DNA of 64,000 bases from Eledone cirrhosa. Taxonomy: Eukaryota. This document shows positions 30,276 through 45,311 of this stretch, piece after piece (positions within the stretch are counted from its first letter, which is position 1; every line of letters begins with the position of its first letter). The translations under genes and the position numbers were made by a program. The notes beneath the pieces are model-generated. The model had not been told where the DNA came from. It saw only the letters and a list, made by a program, of their open reading frames with translations, and did not search any database. The stretch spans positions 194,308,001 through 194,372,000 of the forward strand of contig OZ024743.1 in assembly GCA_964016885.1 (NCBI GenBank). The letters run 5' to 3'.

Positions 30276-30513
30276 GTATATATATATATATATATATATT
30301 CACATATGTGTGTATGTATGTATGTACGTGTGTAAGTATGTATGCATGTGTGTATATAAAGTAATATGGATTCAGTGATTGATGCAAGAATATTGATTTA
30401 AGTATGATGAGATCATCCATTTCAAATATATTTATATCGTTTGCCATTCCTTTGAATTATACTGATTATCCAGAAATGAGTAACGTTCATGTTTGATAGT
30501 TCCAAGCAACCAT

Positions 30514-30897
<384 letters not shown>

Positions 30898-31255
30898 GTA
30901 TACACCATATTCTATGCAGTTGTAGTTAGTAATTTTCCTTGAATAGTTCTAGGGTTTTAGTTAAATGAATGGAATTGAATGTTCAATGGAATTCTGATAT
31001 ACTCATTATTGCAGAACAAGAATCATAAATTATAGAGCTATATTAAGTCCCTTGCTTTTTAGAGTTAAACAAATGAAGAGAGACATGCTTAGTAGTTGGT
31101 GTTTAATATTAGTGGAAACATCGTGGATGTTTGTGTATTGGAGACGCTTGCCTAGTGGTGCAGTTCATTTTGTTACAAGGTGTGTGTTTGTATATGTATA
31201 TGTGTGAGTGTGTATATGCATATATAAATATATATATTTATATATACCTATATAC

Positions 31256-31357
<102 letters not shown>

Positions 31358-31402
31358 GTATATACGTATGTGTGTATATACACGTATATATATATATATA
31401 TA

Positions 31403-31513
31403 GGCGTGTGGCGGAGTGGTTAGAGAATTGGATTCGCAATCGTAAGGTTGTGAATTCGATTCCAGGACCAGGCGATACGTTATGTCCTTGAGCAAGACAC
31501 TTTATTTCACGTT
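31403..31513 (+). mobile_element. tRNA-head SINE family S2 (5' part)
   Basis: A/B-box head followed by GTCCTTGAGCAAGACACTTTATTTCACGTTG, shared with 63526-63850. Confidence 0.75.
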
Positions 31514-31635
31514 GATCCTTCTACCTGGAGTTGCGACCGATAGATAGTATTAGCAATTGGAAAGACCAACGGAAACATTGTTCCCTCGGTCCGATTTGAC
31601 GAAAATCGATCGTTCCTATATATATATATATATAT

Positions 31636-32373
<738 letters not shown>

Positions 32374-32985
32374 TATATATATAGAGATTTATATATATAT
32401 ATATGTACGCGTGTGTATATGTGTATGTGTATGTGTGTGTGTGTGTGTTTGTGTGGGAGTTGCCAACTGGAAGAATCTTAGGCATCAACATCTCATTTCA
32501 GTAACCATCGATATTCACTACAGTCTTTGAGTTTTCCACGGCCCGAAAATATTTTAGAGTCAGTAGCTTTCTTGATTGCTGGAGACAAGTTGATAACTAC
32601 TGGAATCAGCAAAACTTAATTCAGTCCTGTATTAGGTAAAAATGTCTTTAAGGAAAACTTGCCGCATTACATTGTTGTTCTATTTGTAACAAAACTAATC
32701 AACATTGCGTTATATGCCACAGGAAACTGAGTTAAGATGGAATATTCAGAAATATAAGATTGCTCTAGAGCATTCGCGTATCTTGAACCTAACACAATCC
32801 CTCAATCGAAAATTGTGCTACATCAATGTTGGGCCAATAGCGTTTCTCTGTAGGATTCAATCGTCCTAACATTTCAAATATCTACTAATTTCAAATATTT
32901 CTTCACATAATAATGCATTGATATAATTCAAATGTTTAGATGTTGGCAAATAAAGTGAAAATGTAAATTATAAAAAACTACAAAA

Positions 32986-33031
<46 letters not shown>

Positions 33032-33057
33032 GCTACTACTACTACTTTTACTACTAT
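32986..33057. repeat. (TAC)n microsatellite
   Basis: Seen directly in the sequence. Confidence 0.95.
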
Positions 33058-33059
33058 GA

Positions 33060-33210
33060 TTTCTGATATAGACACAAGGCCAGCAATTTGAAAAGGCGGC
33101 AAGTCGATTAAATCACCCCAGTGCGTGACTGGTACTTTATTTTATCAACCTCGTAAGGATTAAAAACGTGATTTGAATTCAGAACATAAAAGGACGCAAC
33201 TCTATGCCAT
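33060..33210 (-). mobile_element. Diverged S1 SINE
   Basis: CACAAGGCCAGCAAT..CTGGTACTTTATTTTATC..GATTTGAA. Confidence 0.65.
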
Positions 33211-34633
33211 AACTAATGGTTCCTTTATTAGCCACACAGGGCTGATATTAAGAGGGCAATAAGTAAGGTACAGAACAGTACAGTGTGGGAAGTGTGTGTG
33301 AGGGAAAGTTCTATAGAGAAGACTAAAAAATAAACATTAAAAATACAACATAACAAACGCCCCAAAATTGAGATACCTCAGATGGTCACTCATGGGGAAA
33401 GCTCACACAAAGCCTTGGTAACCTTGACCGCTGGGGTAAGTGCCCTCTCTTAGATGGTCTCCACCAATTTAAAGGCGCATACTCAAACTAGCCCATTTAC
33501 TTGACCCTTGCTCACCCCTCTCACCCACCTTTCAACAAACTGGTTGGAAGGCAGCATTTCCCTCTCTATAATATTAATAGTAATAATAACGTATCCGGGA
33601 AAAAGTGTTTGGTGTGAGATTTATGTTCATGAAATCGGATAATGTGCAGCAAAGTTTTATTACACTATTTTCAAAGCTCAGAAGTTCTCTGCCTCTTTGT
33701 GTTAAAATGTTATTGAAATGTCATCATTGCTGAAAAAGTTGAGGGAATTGTTTCATTGTGCTCTCATTCGACCTCTCTACCCATCCTTATAATTGGTGGT
33801 CTCTTATTTCTATAGCTGGCAGTTCATTTAAAATGCCATTACAATCATTTAGATCTCAGATGAAAGATAGTATTGAAACCTGATGACCTGCACCGGGAAA
33901 GTCATAACAGAAAAATAGAAAATTGTTTTTGTCTGATCCTTTTTACTTACTATTCAGCGTGAGCGATTTACAATGAATGTCTGTTATATGTGAAATAAAC
34001 CACTCATACAGTCACTATTGAAACTGTAGCTTTTGTAATGCATCTGCGATCAATGAACTTGTTCACTCGGAATTATGATATTGCTTTACAACCTACATCG
34101 TCACAAAAACACTTCTCCGAAAAAGAGAATAGTATACTGTATTATTGTTTAAAATGTCTACCAATCTTCTTGCTAGTCTTGTATGTATATTTGAGGAAGG
34201 ACAAAAAAACAAACAAAAAAAACAACAACAACATTAGTAATAGATTATCTATTAATTTACTGCCGTTTAGTTTATGAAGTCTATGAAAAAGAAGTTTGTA
34301 TATTTAATTCTTGATATCGGTGACACGACACACATCTAACGGTGTTCTTACTAGCCTTTTGTACTGTATCAAGGACCTAAAGAGAATATTTTACAAGCTA
34401 CCGCATGTTTTAGTAGAAATATGTCAAAATGATTCTTTGTTTGTGAGAGTAGTTTTAAAAGATTATAATTTAAAATCTTTTGAGACATTTCGTCAGCAAC
34501 AGCATACCTGGCGTCGGTGGAATTTACTGTTAATGAATAACAATACATTTCTGAATGAATCAAATATAATGAAATACTTGCATAGATTATGAACATTTTC
34601 TGGGAGAAGATTAAATTGTTAATTCTGTGCTTC

Positions 34634-34737
34634 AATAATAATTGTTTCTACTTTTGGCACAAGGCCAGCAATTAACCAGTGCATTACTGGTACTTTATTT
34701 TATCAACCCCGTAGGGATAAAAGGCAAAGTTAACCTA
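34634..34737 (-). mobile_element. S1 SINE 3' half
   Basis: Matches the consensus body and tail. Confidence 0.8.
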
Positions 34738-35169
34738 AAACAAACAAGCAAACAAACATAAAAATAAAAGATCTGAGAGGTTAAAATAAAAAATCTGAGA
34801 GGTAAAAATTAATAAGTTAAACTGTTTCGAAGACTAGCAGTTACCTACGCAGCAGTTATTCTTTCTCTGATTTGTGCTCTTGCCTAATGGAAGGGCAAGT
34901 GTTGTCATGATTGTCGTCTCAGTAGTTATCAAAACGAATTTGCTAACAAGGCGGGATTTGTCTTCGAAAATACCCGATTTGTAGTAGATTAAATCGACCT
35001 CAGTATTTGATTGGTAGTGGTATGTGTCTTAATTAAGAAATTAAATCTCGGAGCTAATAACTTCACTTAACCTTTAACTCTATAAAATACTTCAGCAATG
35101 CTAGTATAGTCACTGTCTCCGTCTCTCTCGCTCCACCTATCTCTCACTATTATAAGCAAATCGGGTACA

Positions 35170-35320
35170 TGCACTGGCCGGGGACACAATAGAGAAGGCA
35201 TTTCTCCGGAGAATCGTGAGGGAGACGCATTGGTAGGGCCATTCCAGCTCGCGAGGTTCACACCTGCAGGAAGCCAACTCCATGCCGATGGTGGTGAGTA
35301 AGGAGATGGTATTGTTTGTC
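35170..35320 (-). mobile_element. Probable CRE/SLACS-like non-LTR retrotransposon C-terminal fragment
   Basis: LLTTIGMELASCRCEPRELEWPYQCVSLTILRRNAFSI resembles the CRE-clade terminus (DPRE..QRxSxAIQRGNA). A second copy lies at 43430-43570(+). Confidence 0.5.
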
Positions 35321-35867
35321 AATATCGGGAGAATTTGAACGCAAAACATTAAAAAAGGCGAAACAGAGACCGTAATTCAAAGTTCTAAAGAATTTGACAT
35401 CGACCACTCTGGAATCTTTATCTAGTCAATCATAAACACTTGAGGCTTTCAGATGTTCTGTATAGTACAAAAAAAAAAATAATAAATATAAGCGCAGAAA
35501 CCAGTTAATGAAATTAAGAAAACATCGAAATTTTGAAGCTTGGAGACCATTCTGTCGCTAACCCTTAAAGAACCTCTAGTTAGCAGCGAGCTAACATTTT
35601 ATTTCCTGCATAATCTTTTTATCCTGAGAAATGGTGTTGAAAATATAATCCGGCATTTATTATTCTACACTTATACATCATTAAATATAACCGCCTTCTG
35701 AATTTAATTGTGTTTTATATACATGATACTAAAGTATGAAAACATGAAGTGCCTTCGCACCTAATTATACTAAAATAGTGTTCCCATTAAATAAATAAAG
35801 GCCTATCGCAATATATAACAGCTTTCCGACTAATTAAAACATATTAATATTAATGTACAGGCGGTAA

Positions 35868-36060
35868 AGGGCGGTGGTTTGGCAGTATCGGTAGAGGGTC
35901 GGACGCCATGCTTTCCAGCATAGTTATGTCCCTTTACGATCTGAGTTCAAATTCAGCTGAGGTTGACTTTGCCTTTCATCCTTACGGGGTCGATAAAATA
36001 AAGTACCAGTAATGCACTGGGTAATTGCTGGCTTTGTGCCTAAAGTAGAAACAATTAATA
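35868..36060 (+). mobile_element. Full-length S1 SINE
   Basis: A box TGGCAGTATCGG, B box GAGTTCAAATTC, body and AT-rich tail. Confidence 0.9.
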
Positions 36061-36202
36061 TTAATGTACTGTTGACTAATTATATATCTTTGTGTTTGCG
36101 AATAACTTAAAAGTATATTTTGTCAGGCTGCCATACCTCAGTCGTTCGAATATGTTTCACGAAGTTTCAATAAAGAATATGCATATATATATATATATAT
36201 AT

Positions 36203-36645
36203 ATACGATATATTAACAAATGGAAACTATATTTATAAAACCATATTTATTTCATTATACATATTTCAAGGACACCAAGTTAAATTATGGTGTGATTTCA
36301 TCAGATAAAATATAATATAGATCAGTTTTATAAATATATATTGACATACCCTTAAATAATACGACCATTTCTGTTGGAAGCTCCCGGGAGCTTCCAACAG
36401 AAATGGTCGCATTATTTAAGGGTATGTCAATATTTATTTATAAAACTGATCTATATTATATTTTATCTGATGAAATCACACCATAATTTAACTTGGTGTC
36501 CTTGAAATATGTATAATGAAATAAATATGGTTTTATAAATATAGTTTCCATTTGTTAATATATCGTATTTTTACTCCAATAATTTGTTGAGTGCTTTATA
36601 TCAGTTATAAAAATATTTGCTTTTTGTATCCCAACAATTTAAACT
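36203..36645. mobile_element. Near-perfect fold-back of a family C PLE-like end, with HHRs at 36248-36312(-) and 36459-36523(+)
   Basis: ~180 bp arms with no spacer, centred on GGAAGCTCCCGGGAGCTTCC (~36385); (TA)n flanks. Confidence 0.78.
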
Positions 36646-36647
36646 TC

Positions 36648-37558
<911 letters not shown>

Positions 37559-37789
37559 TTATATACATATATATATATATTCATCCACTCTCAGACGCGA
37601 GCCTACATATTGTAACATATCTGAGGAGCTTCCGATATATATATGGTTAATCTTAACAATATTCTATTATAACTTACGTCAACTTATGCAGCTTCATATG
37701 CACATGAGATTAATCACCTCATTTACACAGACGAGAAAACTATATATTCTCGACTGTTTTCAAGTCCAGCAGTCGCAAGTGAGAGAGCG

Positions 37790-37833
37790 ATCATCCTGAT
37801 GAGGACCAGTTAAGTCCAAAATGCATCGACGAT
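37790..37833 (+). ncRNA. Minimal HHR with G12A change (probably inactive)
   Basis: ATCATC-CTGATGA-GGAC CAGTTAA GTCC-AAAA-TGCA-TC^GACGAT. Confidence 0.62.
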
Positions 37834-38479
37834 TGTTCCCCTTTCTTCTGCTGGACACCACCGACCGGAGGGCATTAGCCCCGGTGTTTTTTGCATATAT
37901 ATATATATATATATGTTTGCCTGAATGAATACAGTTGTATACCAAAATATTTCTATGAATTCTATCGTTATGTTTGGAATGGATTTCCATCAGTTTCGAC
38001 GATATGTGTTCCAGTTGACCGATCAACAGAACTGCTTGCCTCCAAAATTAATTGGTAAATGGCTGCACTTTCCGCAATTTTCAGAGAAATTCAGTGTAAC
38101 ACTGTGTGGCAATACTGGTCCATTGTGTTAAAAGTACAGTCTATGCAACAATCTTCGACGCATATTTCCGCCTTCAGAATTTCTCTCACAATACATGGGT
38201 CAACCTAAGGCTGTGATAAATAACACTTGCCTAAGATGCCATTCACTAGGATTAAATATACTAACTAATAACTGCTTCCCTAAATGGTTAGGGACAGTTG
38301 ATGTATGTATGGACGCATAACACTTGATGGAGTCTTAGGGCACTTTAGTGACATAAGGTGTTTCTTGGGAAATTTGAACCTGTTTGCATCTGGCCCTCTT
38401 CAGATCTGATCAAAGCTGCCCTCCTCTATGAAAAGAGTGAAAGTTATAGAGAGGAAGTGAAAAAGAGATATGGATGAAG

Positions 38480-38632
38480 AATAAAACCGAGTATTAGACT
38501 TGTACTTTTATCGAACTTGAAGGGCTGAAAGGCATGTTTGACCTTGGTAGAATTTGAACTCAGAGAGCAGAAACGATTGCTGCAAAGCCTTCTATCCGAC
38601 GTTCTAATGATTTTCCCAATTTGCCGCCTTCT
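38480..38632 (-). mobile_element. Diverged S1 SINE
   Basis: GTACTTTTATCGA..GAAAGGCA..ATTTGAACTCAG. Confidence 0.55.
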
Positions 38633-39782
38633 AAACAGTTGATATATAGTTGATATTCGTTAATGATTTATTCCATCGTGTACGAATAATTTTTTCTTGT
38701 ATAAAACCTTGGCCATGTTTGTCATACGTGCAGCCCTATAAAATGTTGTGCTGAAAACAACAAGGACAACAACATTAACATCCCCTCTCCCAACAGCAAT
38801 AATAATAATAACAACAACACAATTCTCAACTACAACAACAACTATAACAACAGGAAACAATTCAAAACAGCAAAACAAATGATATGATTTATGTTTTTCA
38901 ATGCAATGAACTAATTAAGTGATGCATCTGCAGTGTTTAATGGCCAAAAGGTTTAATGAAGTTATCTTCCTTTGCTTTGTTGCTTTACAGACGTAGAATT
39001 AATTATTTTGCTATTATTGTTCTGAATGAACAAGTCACATGATGAACAATTCTACGTGTTAACCTTTGACGTTAGAACAAAACGTTAATTATGCAGCTGC
39101 TACATGTTCAATTCCAGTTGTTTTTATTTGGTCTATATGAAGCTGATGATATTCTTTTATAGCTGTTGGCATGTTTTCCCATTATTACAGTTTTGAGGCG
39201 ACTAGAGTCTTTGGTATACCATGCTCCTCCAAAGCTATTCATTGGCGGCCATTGTTGCATTCATGTTACTTTAAAATATAACTCCTTTTATTCATTTCTC
39301 AACAAATAATCACGCATATTTTCAATACACATACTTAATTGGAATAAGTGGAACAACTGCATTAATAACGCAAAACGTTTTGAAATATAATGCAAAAGAA
39401 ATATTTCTGAATAGTAGCATAGGTAGGACAATATTTTGAGAATTTTACAGAAGGTTCCTAATTTTCAAACCTGCTGTCTTCATCCAATGAAATCATATCT
39501 CGCAAAAGAAAAGATATTGCAATTAGACTTGAGGCGAGAAATTAGAATAACGTACACAGTTATGTAATAGAGTGAGGGGTAGTTGGAAATTGTGGATTGA
39601 AGTTCAAGAAACTAATTAGAATGTATCTGATAGGAAACGGAGTTATATCATACTTACGAATTAAATTTTTTTATTTTTCTCATTTCAGATCTTTCTTTAC
39701 ATCTCTATATTTCCACACACACACATATATATTCCCCTCTCTCTATTTCTCTTTCTCTCTCTATTTCTCTCTTTCCCTCTCT

Positions 39783-39813
<31 letters not shown>

Positions 39814-40254
39814 TCATAAATGGGAGAAGTTTGCAAGAGAAATTCATATGAATTAACTATACTAAATATATATATATATATAGAGAGAGAGAAAGAGAGG
39901 GAAACTTATAGATATCTCATACGAAACATAGCCGTTCTACAAGTTTAAGTTCTGATTAAATAGATACTAGTTTGTTGATATTTAACCCAGGATCATATCT
40001 ATCTGATATTAACACACATATGTTCAAATGTATATAATCTCTTTTTTTCTAAGTTACTTGAATGGGATTTGGTTGTTATTTCCCACATGGCAAACAACCG
40101 CACATAGGCTTCCTTTATGTTTCGAGTCTTTTAATGTATGTATGTACGATGAAATTTGGAAAACAGAAAGCATTCGAGGTACATTCAATTTCCCAGATTT
40201 TAAATAAAGAGTTCATATGAGAATCGAAACCTCCCTTAATCGTCACATCTAATT

Positions 40255-40868
40255 TCTAATTTAGGCACATGCCAACAAATTTGAGTGATGGGCGAAGTTG
40301 TTTAAATGAACCCCCAGTTCTTCACTGGTATGTTATTTTATAGAGCTGGGAAGAATGGAAAGCGAAGTTTACCTCGACAGGATTTGAAGCAAGAATATAA
40401 ATAACCAGAATAAATACAGCAATGACACCATCCGACTCTCTACCAATTCTGCTAAGGCACCTTCCTTAATATATAAAATATTGATTTCTAATTTAGGCAA
40501 AAGGCCACCGAATTTGGGAGAAGGCGAAAGTTGATAAATTCAACCTCAGTACATGACTGGTACCTTATTTAATCGATCTTTGAAGAATGAATGGCTTCTA
40601 CATCGGGGGGATTTGAATACCACTTGTAAAGAGCTAGAAGAAATAGCGCATTGTGATTTTATCCAATGTTCTACCAATTCTGCTAATCCACTACACTATA
40701 TATATATAATGGTTTCTTATATAGCGACTGGTACTTTATTTTACCAACCTCGTAAGGATGAAAGGCAAAGTTAACCTCCGCGGGATTTGAACTCAGATCA
40801 TAAAGAGCCGTAACTCCATGCTGCAAAGCATGGTGTCCGACCTTCTACCGATACTGCCACATCCACCA
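40255..40868 (-). mobile_element. Cluster of three S1-related SINE copies
   Basis: Copies at ~40255-40470, ~40485-40690 and ~40725-40868. Confidence 0.7.
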
Positions 40869-42207
40869 TACATATAATGTATACAATTCAGAAGAGAGAA
40901 ATAATGTAGTATCTGCCTTCTTTTTTGTTTTATGCAATCTTGGTGAGGCAGATTCAGCACTTAATGTTAAATCTTGGTCTCGAGATGAAACAGTGCAAAT
41001 CTAAGAGACGAATCCATAATATTACTTTAGTAATAATTCAGGAGCCCACTACTATCAGACAACTGATAGGTTTGCAGAGTGTATGAAGAGAGAGAGAGAG
41101 GGGGGGGGGGGGAATCAGAGCAAAATATTTTTTTTATTACGTGGTTTACGCCAGGATTAGCTAGAGTCTAATAAACCGAACTATGTAAAATATTATATAA
41201 ATTTTGCACTTAAAATGTGTACTTGAAGAGGAAAAAGAAATCAACATCTTACATGCATTGTTAAACATTTTTATACTCTCTTTTACTAGTTTACTGGTTT
41301 CATTCAGTAGACTTCTGCAATGCTTTATTGATCATATCGATCCCAGTAATCATATTTGAAAGACAGGTACTTATTTTATCGATCTCATTTTGTCAAACAG
41401 CAAGATTATGGCACATAAACAAACAGAAACTAACTTGGTGCCGTAGAATGTGACTGAAAACAGGACCTCATTGCTACAAAGCGAACTCCTCCACCTATAT
41501 ATGTACATGAATACATATGTTATGGCACATCTCATACTCTTATTTGAGTCCTGAAATGTTGATGGAATTGTAGGGGCGCGACCAAGACATTTTAATCATG
41601 GCGGTGCACATTCATGTCTGTTTCATGTGTAAATACAGCTGATTTCTTCATGACAGAAGGGGAGAGAGAAAGTGTGAGGGTGCGAGAAAAAAGAAGTTTG
41701 ACCCCCTCCGGCCATCCCCAAAACCTTGTATTTCGCTACTAGGTCATTTGTTGACCTCGAAAATATCAAAAACAATGTAGACTTTGATGGGATTTGAACC
41801 TAGACTGCAGGAAGCCAGGACGAATACGGGAAGGTATTCTAACAAACATTTTCATGACTGCCAATTCGCAGCCATAGCTCATATAAATATATCATTGGAA
41901 CTGTTAATGTTCACACATATCTTGAAAATGAGGTTTATGTACATAAATCCTGGTTTCATTTCTATACATTAAAAGCATTTTTATTTTACAGGTTGTTTGT
42001 GATCTCATATTCATGTTTTTTATTGAACAGTTATATAGTTTCAAAGGAAATTTGTACAAAGTAAAAAATAATAATAACGATGAAAATATGTATAGTCAAA
42101 ACATTATTTACATTATATAAAGAGCAAATAATGAATAACGATTCACTCTAGATATCAGCAGTTGATTAAAAGTTGCTTTAATTGGAATTTTATTTGATAT
42201 TTTACAG

Positions 42208-42646
42208 TTGGAAAAATGGTTGACGAATTTGTCTCTTTGACTGATTCAGAAGTCTGACCTTCATCAGTAATGGGTGATTCGACGTTTCCCAGGAATGTGA
42301 GTGATTTATTGTCCCCTCATAAAGTACTGGATGGGTAGTAATAAGTATGCTTAAAATGTTAATACAAAAACAACCTTAACACTTATTATTTAGGATAAAG
42401 ATATAGGTGAGAATATAACAAAGAAATGAAAAACTAATCTAACACGCAAAGTGATGAGTTTAAAATGAGACATAAATAATTCTTTCTTTTTTTTGTTGTT
42501 CTCTATTACTATTTGCAGACCAACAGGTTAATATCATTTATAATTGGGCTATATATTTTATTCTGGTTGATCGTTTCGCCTCATTGCACTCTAATAGAAA
42601 TGAGATTCGATATGGTGGAGACTCTGTCAACAGAGATTTTTCTAGG
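42208..42646 (+). other. Candidate exon trio (42208-42296, 42519-42526, 42598-42646) of an unidentified, possibly decayed gene
   Basis: Boundaries tttacag/GTGAGT, pyrimidine tract-tgcag/GTTAAT and taatag/GTAAGT. Phases join in frame as MGDSTFPRN-TNR-NEIRYGGDSVNRDFSR. Confidence 0.4.
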
Positions 42647-43429
42647 GTAAGTGGAATGATAGTGGGGCGAGGATATGAAGTCAGTTATTTTATTTTGATG
42701 TGTGGTGTCTCTGTTTTAATGTTGCGTGTTGTTACTCCGTGTCAATTTGGAATCTGGAATGAAGTTACGTTTTATTCGTTGTCGATAAATATGTCCTGTG
42801 GGTTCAATTATTTTATTTTTCAATTGCTTAAAATTGATTGAAACAGATTAAAATATCATAAAATGTTTAGATCAACTAAAAAAAAAAATGTAATCTCTGT
42901 GGAGTCTTTCAGAATGTCTTTACGCTTCATTAGGAATTATACTAAATTGGATAGACAACCTATAGAAAATAATAGCAACATTTTGCATTAACTTAAAGAA
43001 AACGTGAGATGTAGAACCATTCATTTTTATTTAGAGAGAAACGTGTTGCTTTCATAGCAAATCTAGAACATACAATTGATATTTTAAGAACGTAGTACAT
43101 CAGATCAAATACTGTTTCCAATGATGTGTCTCCATACGAACAATACCCTGGTACGTGTGGCGTTATTGATTTATTAGCAATTTATCTGATGAAACGGATG
43201 AACTAACGTTTCATCCAGCGAAGACTGATAAAGCATATAAGACGCGTGCAGGAAGGCAAGAATCCATTTCAACTCGTTGATTCTACTTTCAGAGTCAATA
43301 TCATAATGAAACAATGATAACATGTGACAGGAAAACGATGTGATAATGAAAACACTAACTATAGATAAATACTGAAATCGGTAATGCATACACTGCATGT
43401 CTTCTGATAACTGTTAGTGTGAAGGAGTC

Positions 43430-43570
43430 ACAGGGCCACCCCCTACTCATTACCATCAGCACAGAGTTGCCTAACCACATGTGTGAGCCTTGCGAGCTGC
43501 AATGCGTCTCCCTCACCAACCATCGGGAAAACACCTTCTCTATTCTGTCTGCCGCACCACTGTTACAAAC
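43430..43570 (+). mobile_element. Second CRE-like fragment
   Basis: Homologous to the reverse complement of 35170-35305. Confidence 0.45.
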
Positions 43571-43639
43571 ATACACACGTTGACATTATTCTCAAATATA
43601 AATTGTATTTTTTCCTTCATACTTTCCAGTTGTATATTG

Positions 43640-43830
43640 ATAATTGTTTCTACATTTAGTACAAGGCCAGCAATTATCCTAGTGCATTACTGGTACTTTA
43701 TTTTATCGGCCCCGTAAGGATGAAAGGCAAAGTTAACCTCGGCGGGATTTGAACTCAGATCATAAAGGGAGGTAACTCTATGCTTCAAAGCATGGCGTCC
43801 AACCTTTACCGATACTGCCAATCCACCGCT
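43640..43830 (-). mobile_element. Full-length S1 SINE
   Basis: Consensus match. Confidence 0.88.
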
Positions 43831-44525
43831 GATAATGAATATCAACCAGGATAATGTCATAGATTATATACAGGAACGTTATGTCGTTTCTACGAATCTG
43901 AATTATGAATTAAACAAAATAATAAACTACATTTACTGATGTGGTACCTACTGACCGTTAACTCACATTTCTAGATAGCTGGCTATTTTGCTGCCTATTG
44001 TGCTGGCAGCCTTTTGTCTACCTCCTTTAAATAACTCCGACGGTTATAACTTAATATTAGTAATTGTGTTTAATTTGAAAGTTTATAGAGAACAGTTTAA
44101 TACACAATTTCTCTTGACGTTGCATTTCTTGGAAGCCCTTGGTCGTTGGAATGAAGCATAGTGAATGTAAATAGCATTGAAGTTACAGTTTTAAGAGAGT
44201 ACAAATTTGAAAAATGATATTTTTTGTTATACACACGTCAGCCAAGCCATCCTAAGAGTTTTATACATTATTTTTATCTTTACACTACGACAAAAAGATA
44301 TATCAAATTGAAATCGAAGACGGTAACCTATTATTATTTTGTTACGGCATGACCACTTTGGCAATGCTTTAACAAATCTTAGTACGCTGTATAACATCAT
44401 AAGAACGTACTTATAGCTGAAGTTGTACACGTAGTAATACTGTACGATGTACTCTAGCTGTTCCACTGAGATGTGGATTTAAAAGAAGACATGCACACAC
44501 ACAAACACACACACACACACACATA

Positions 44526-44589
<64 letters not shown>

Positions 44590-44650
44590 ATGATAATAAA
44601 TTTGAAGACTAAAATCCAAAGAGGGCTGCGTTTACAGATTGACTTTGTTA

Positions 44651-44699
44651 GTTTCTGAAGATCCCGTTAAGGGTGAAAGCAGCGATTCTTTGCTTAAAC
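44651..44699 (+). ncRNA. Family F HHR with canonical CTGAAGA core
   Basis: GTTT-CTGAAGA-TCCC GTTAA GGGT-GAAA-GCA GCGATTCTT TGC-TT^AAAC, in a ~130 bp fragment between (TA)n tracts. Confidence 0.62.
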
Positions 44700-44711
44700 T
44701 TTAATCTGTTA

Positions 44712-45099
<388 letters not shown>

Positions 45100-45101
<2 letters not shown>

Positions 45102-45311
45102 GGGAGTAACTTATGTCAATTCAGTTCAATCCCTCTCTTTTGTTGATTTATACGTGTAATTATCCTCTTTTTTTTTGTTGATTCTTAGATGTATATATAT
45201 ATATATATATACATGTATACATCTAAGAATCAACAACAAAAAGAGGATAATTACACGTAGAAATCAACAAAAGAGAGGGATTGAACTGAATTGACACAAG
45301 TCACTCCCTAT
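45100..45311. repeat. ~95 bp inverted repeat with a (TA)n spacer
   Basis: 45100-45195 is inverted against 45215-45311. Confidence 0.85.

Noticed and set aside
33215-33570. Possible L1/Tx1-like 3' fragment on the minus strand
   Set aside because: Composition is suggestive, but no diagnostic motif could be read with confidence.
33885-33910. CTGATGA..GAAA near 33890
   Set aside because: Stem II has only 2 bp and there is no stem I complement.
43180-43220. CTGATGA followed by a hairpin
   Set aside because: No GAAA or stem III follows the hairpin.
43975-44030. GYFAAYCAG, resembling ribosomal protein L5
   Set aside because: Too short, and the flanks do not match.
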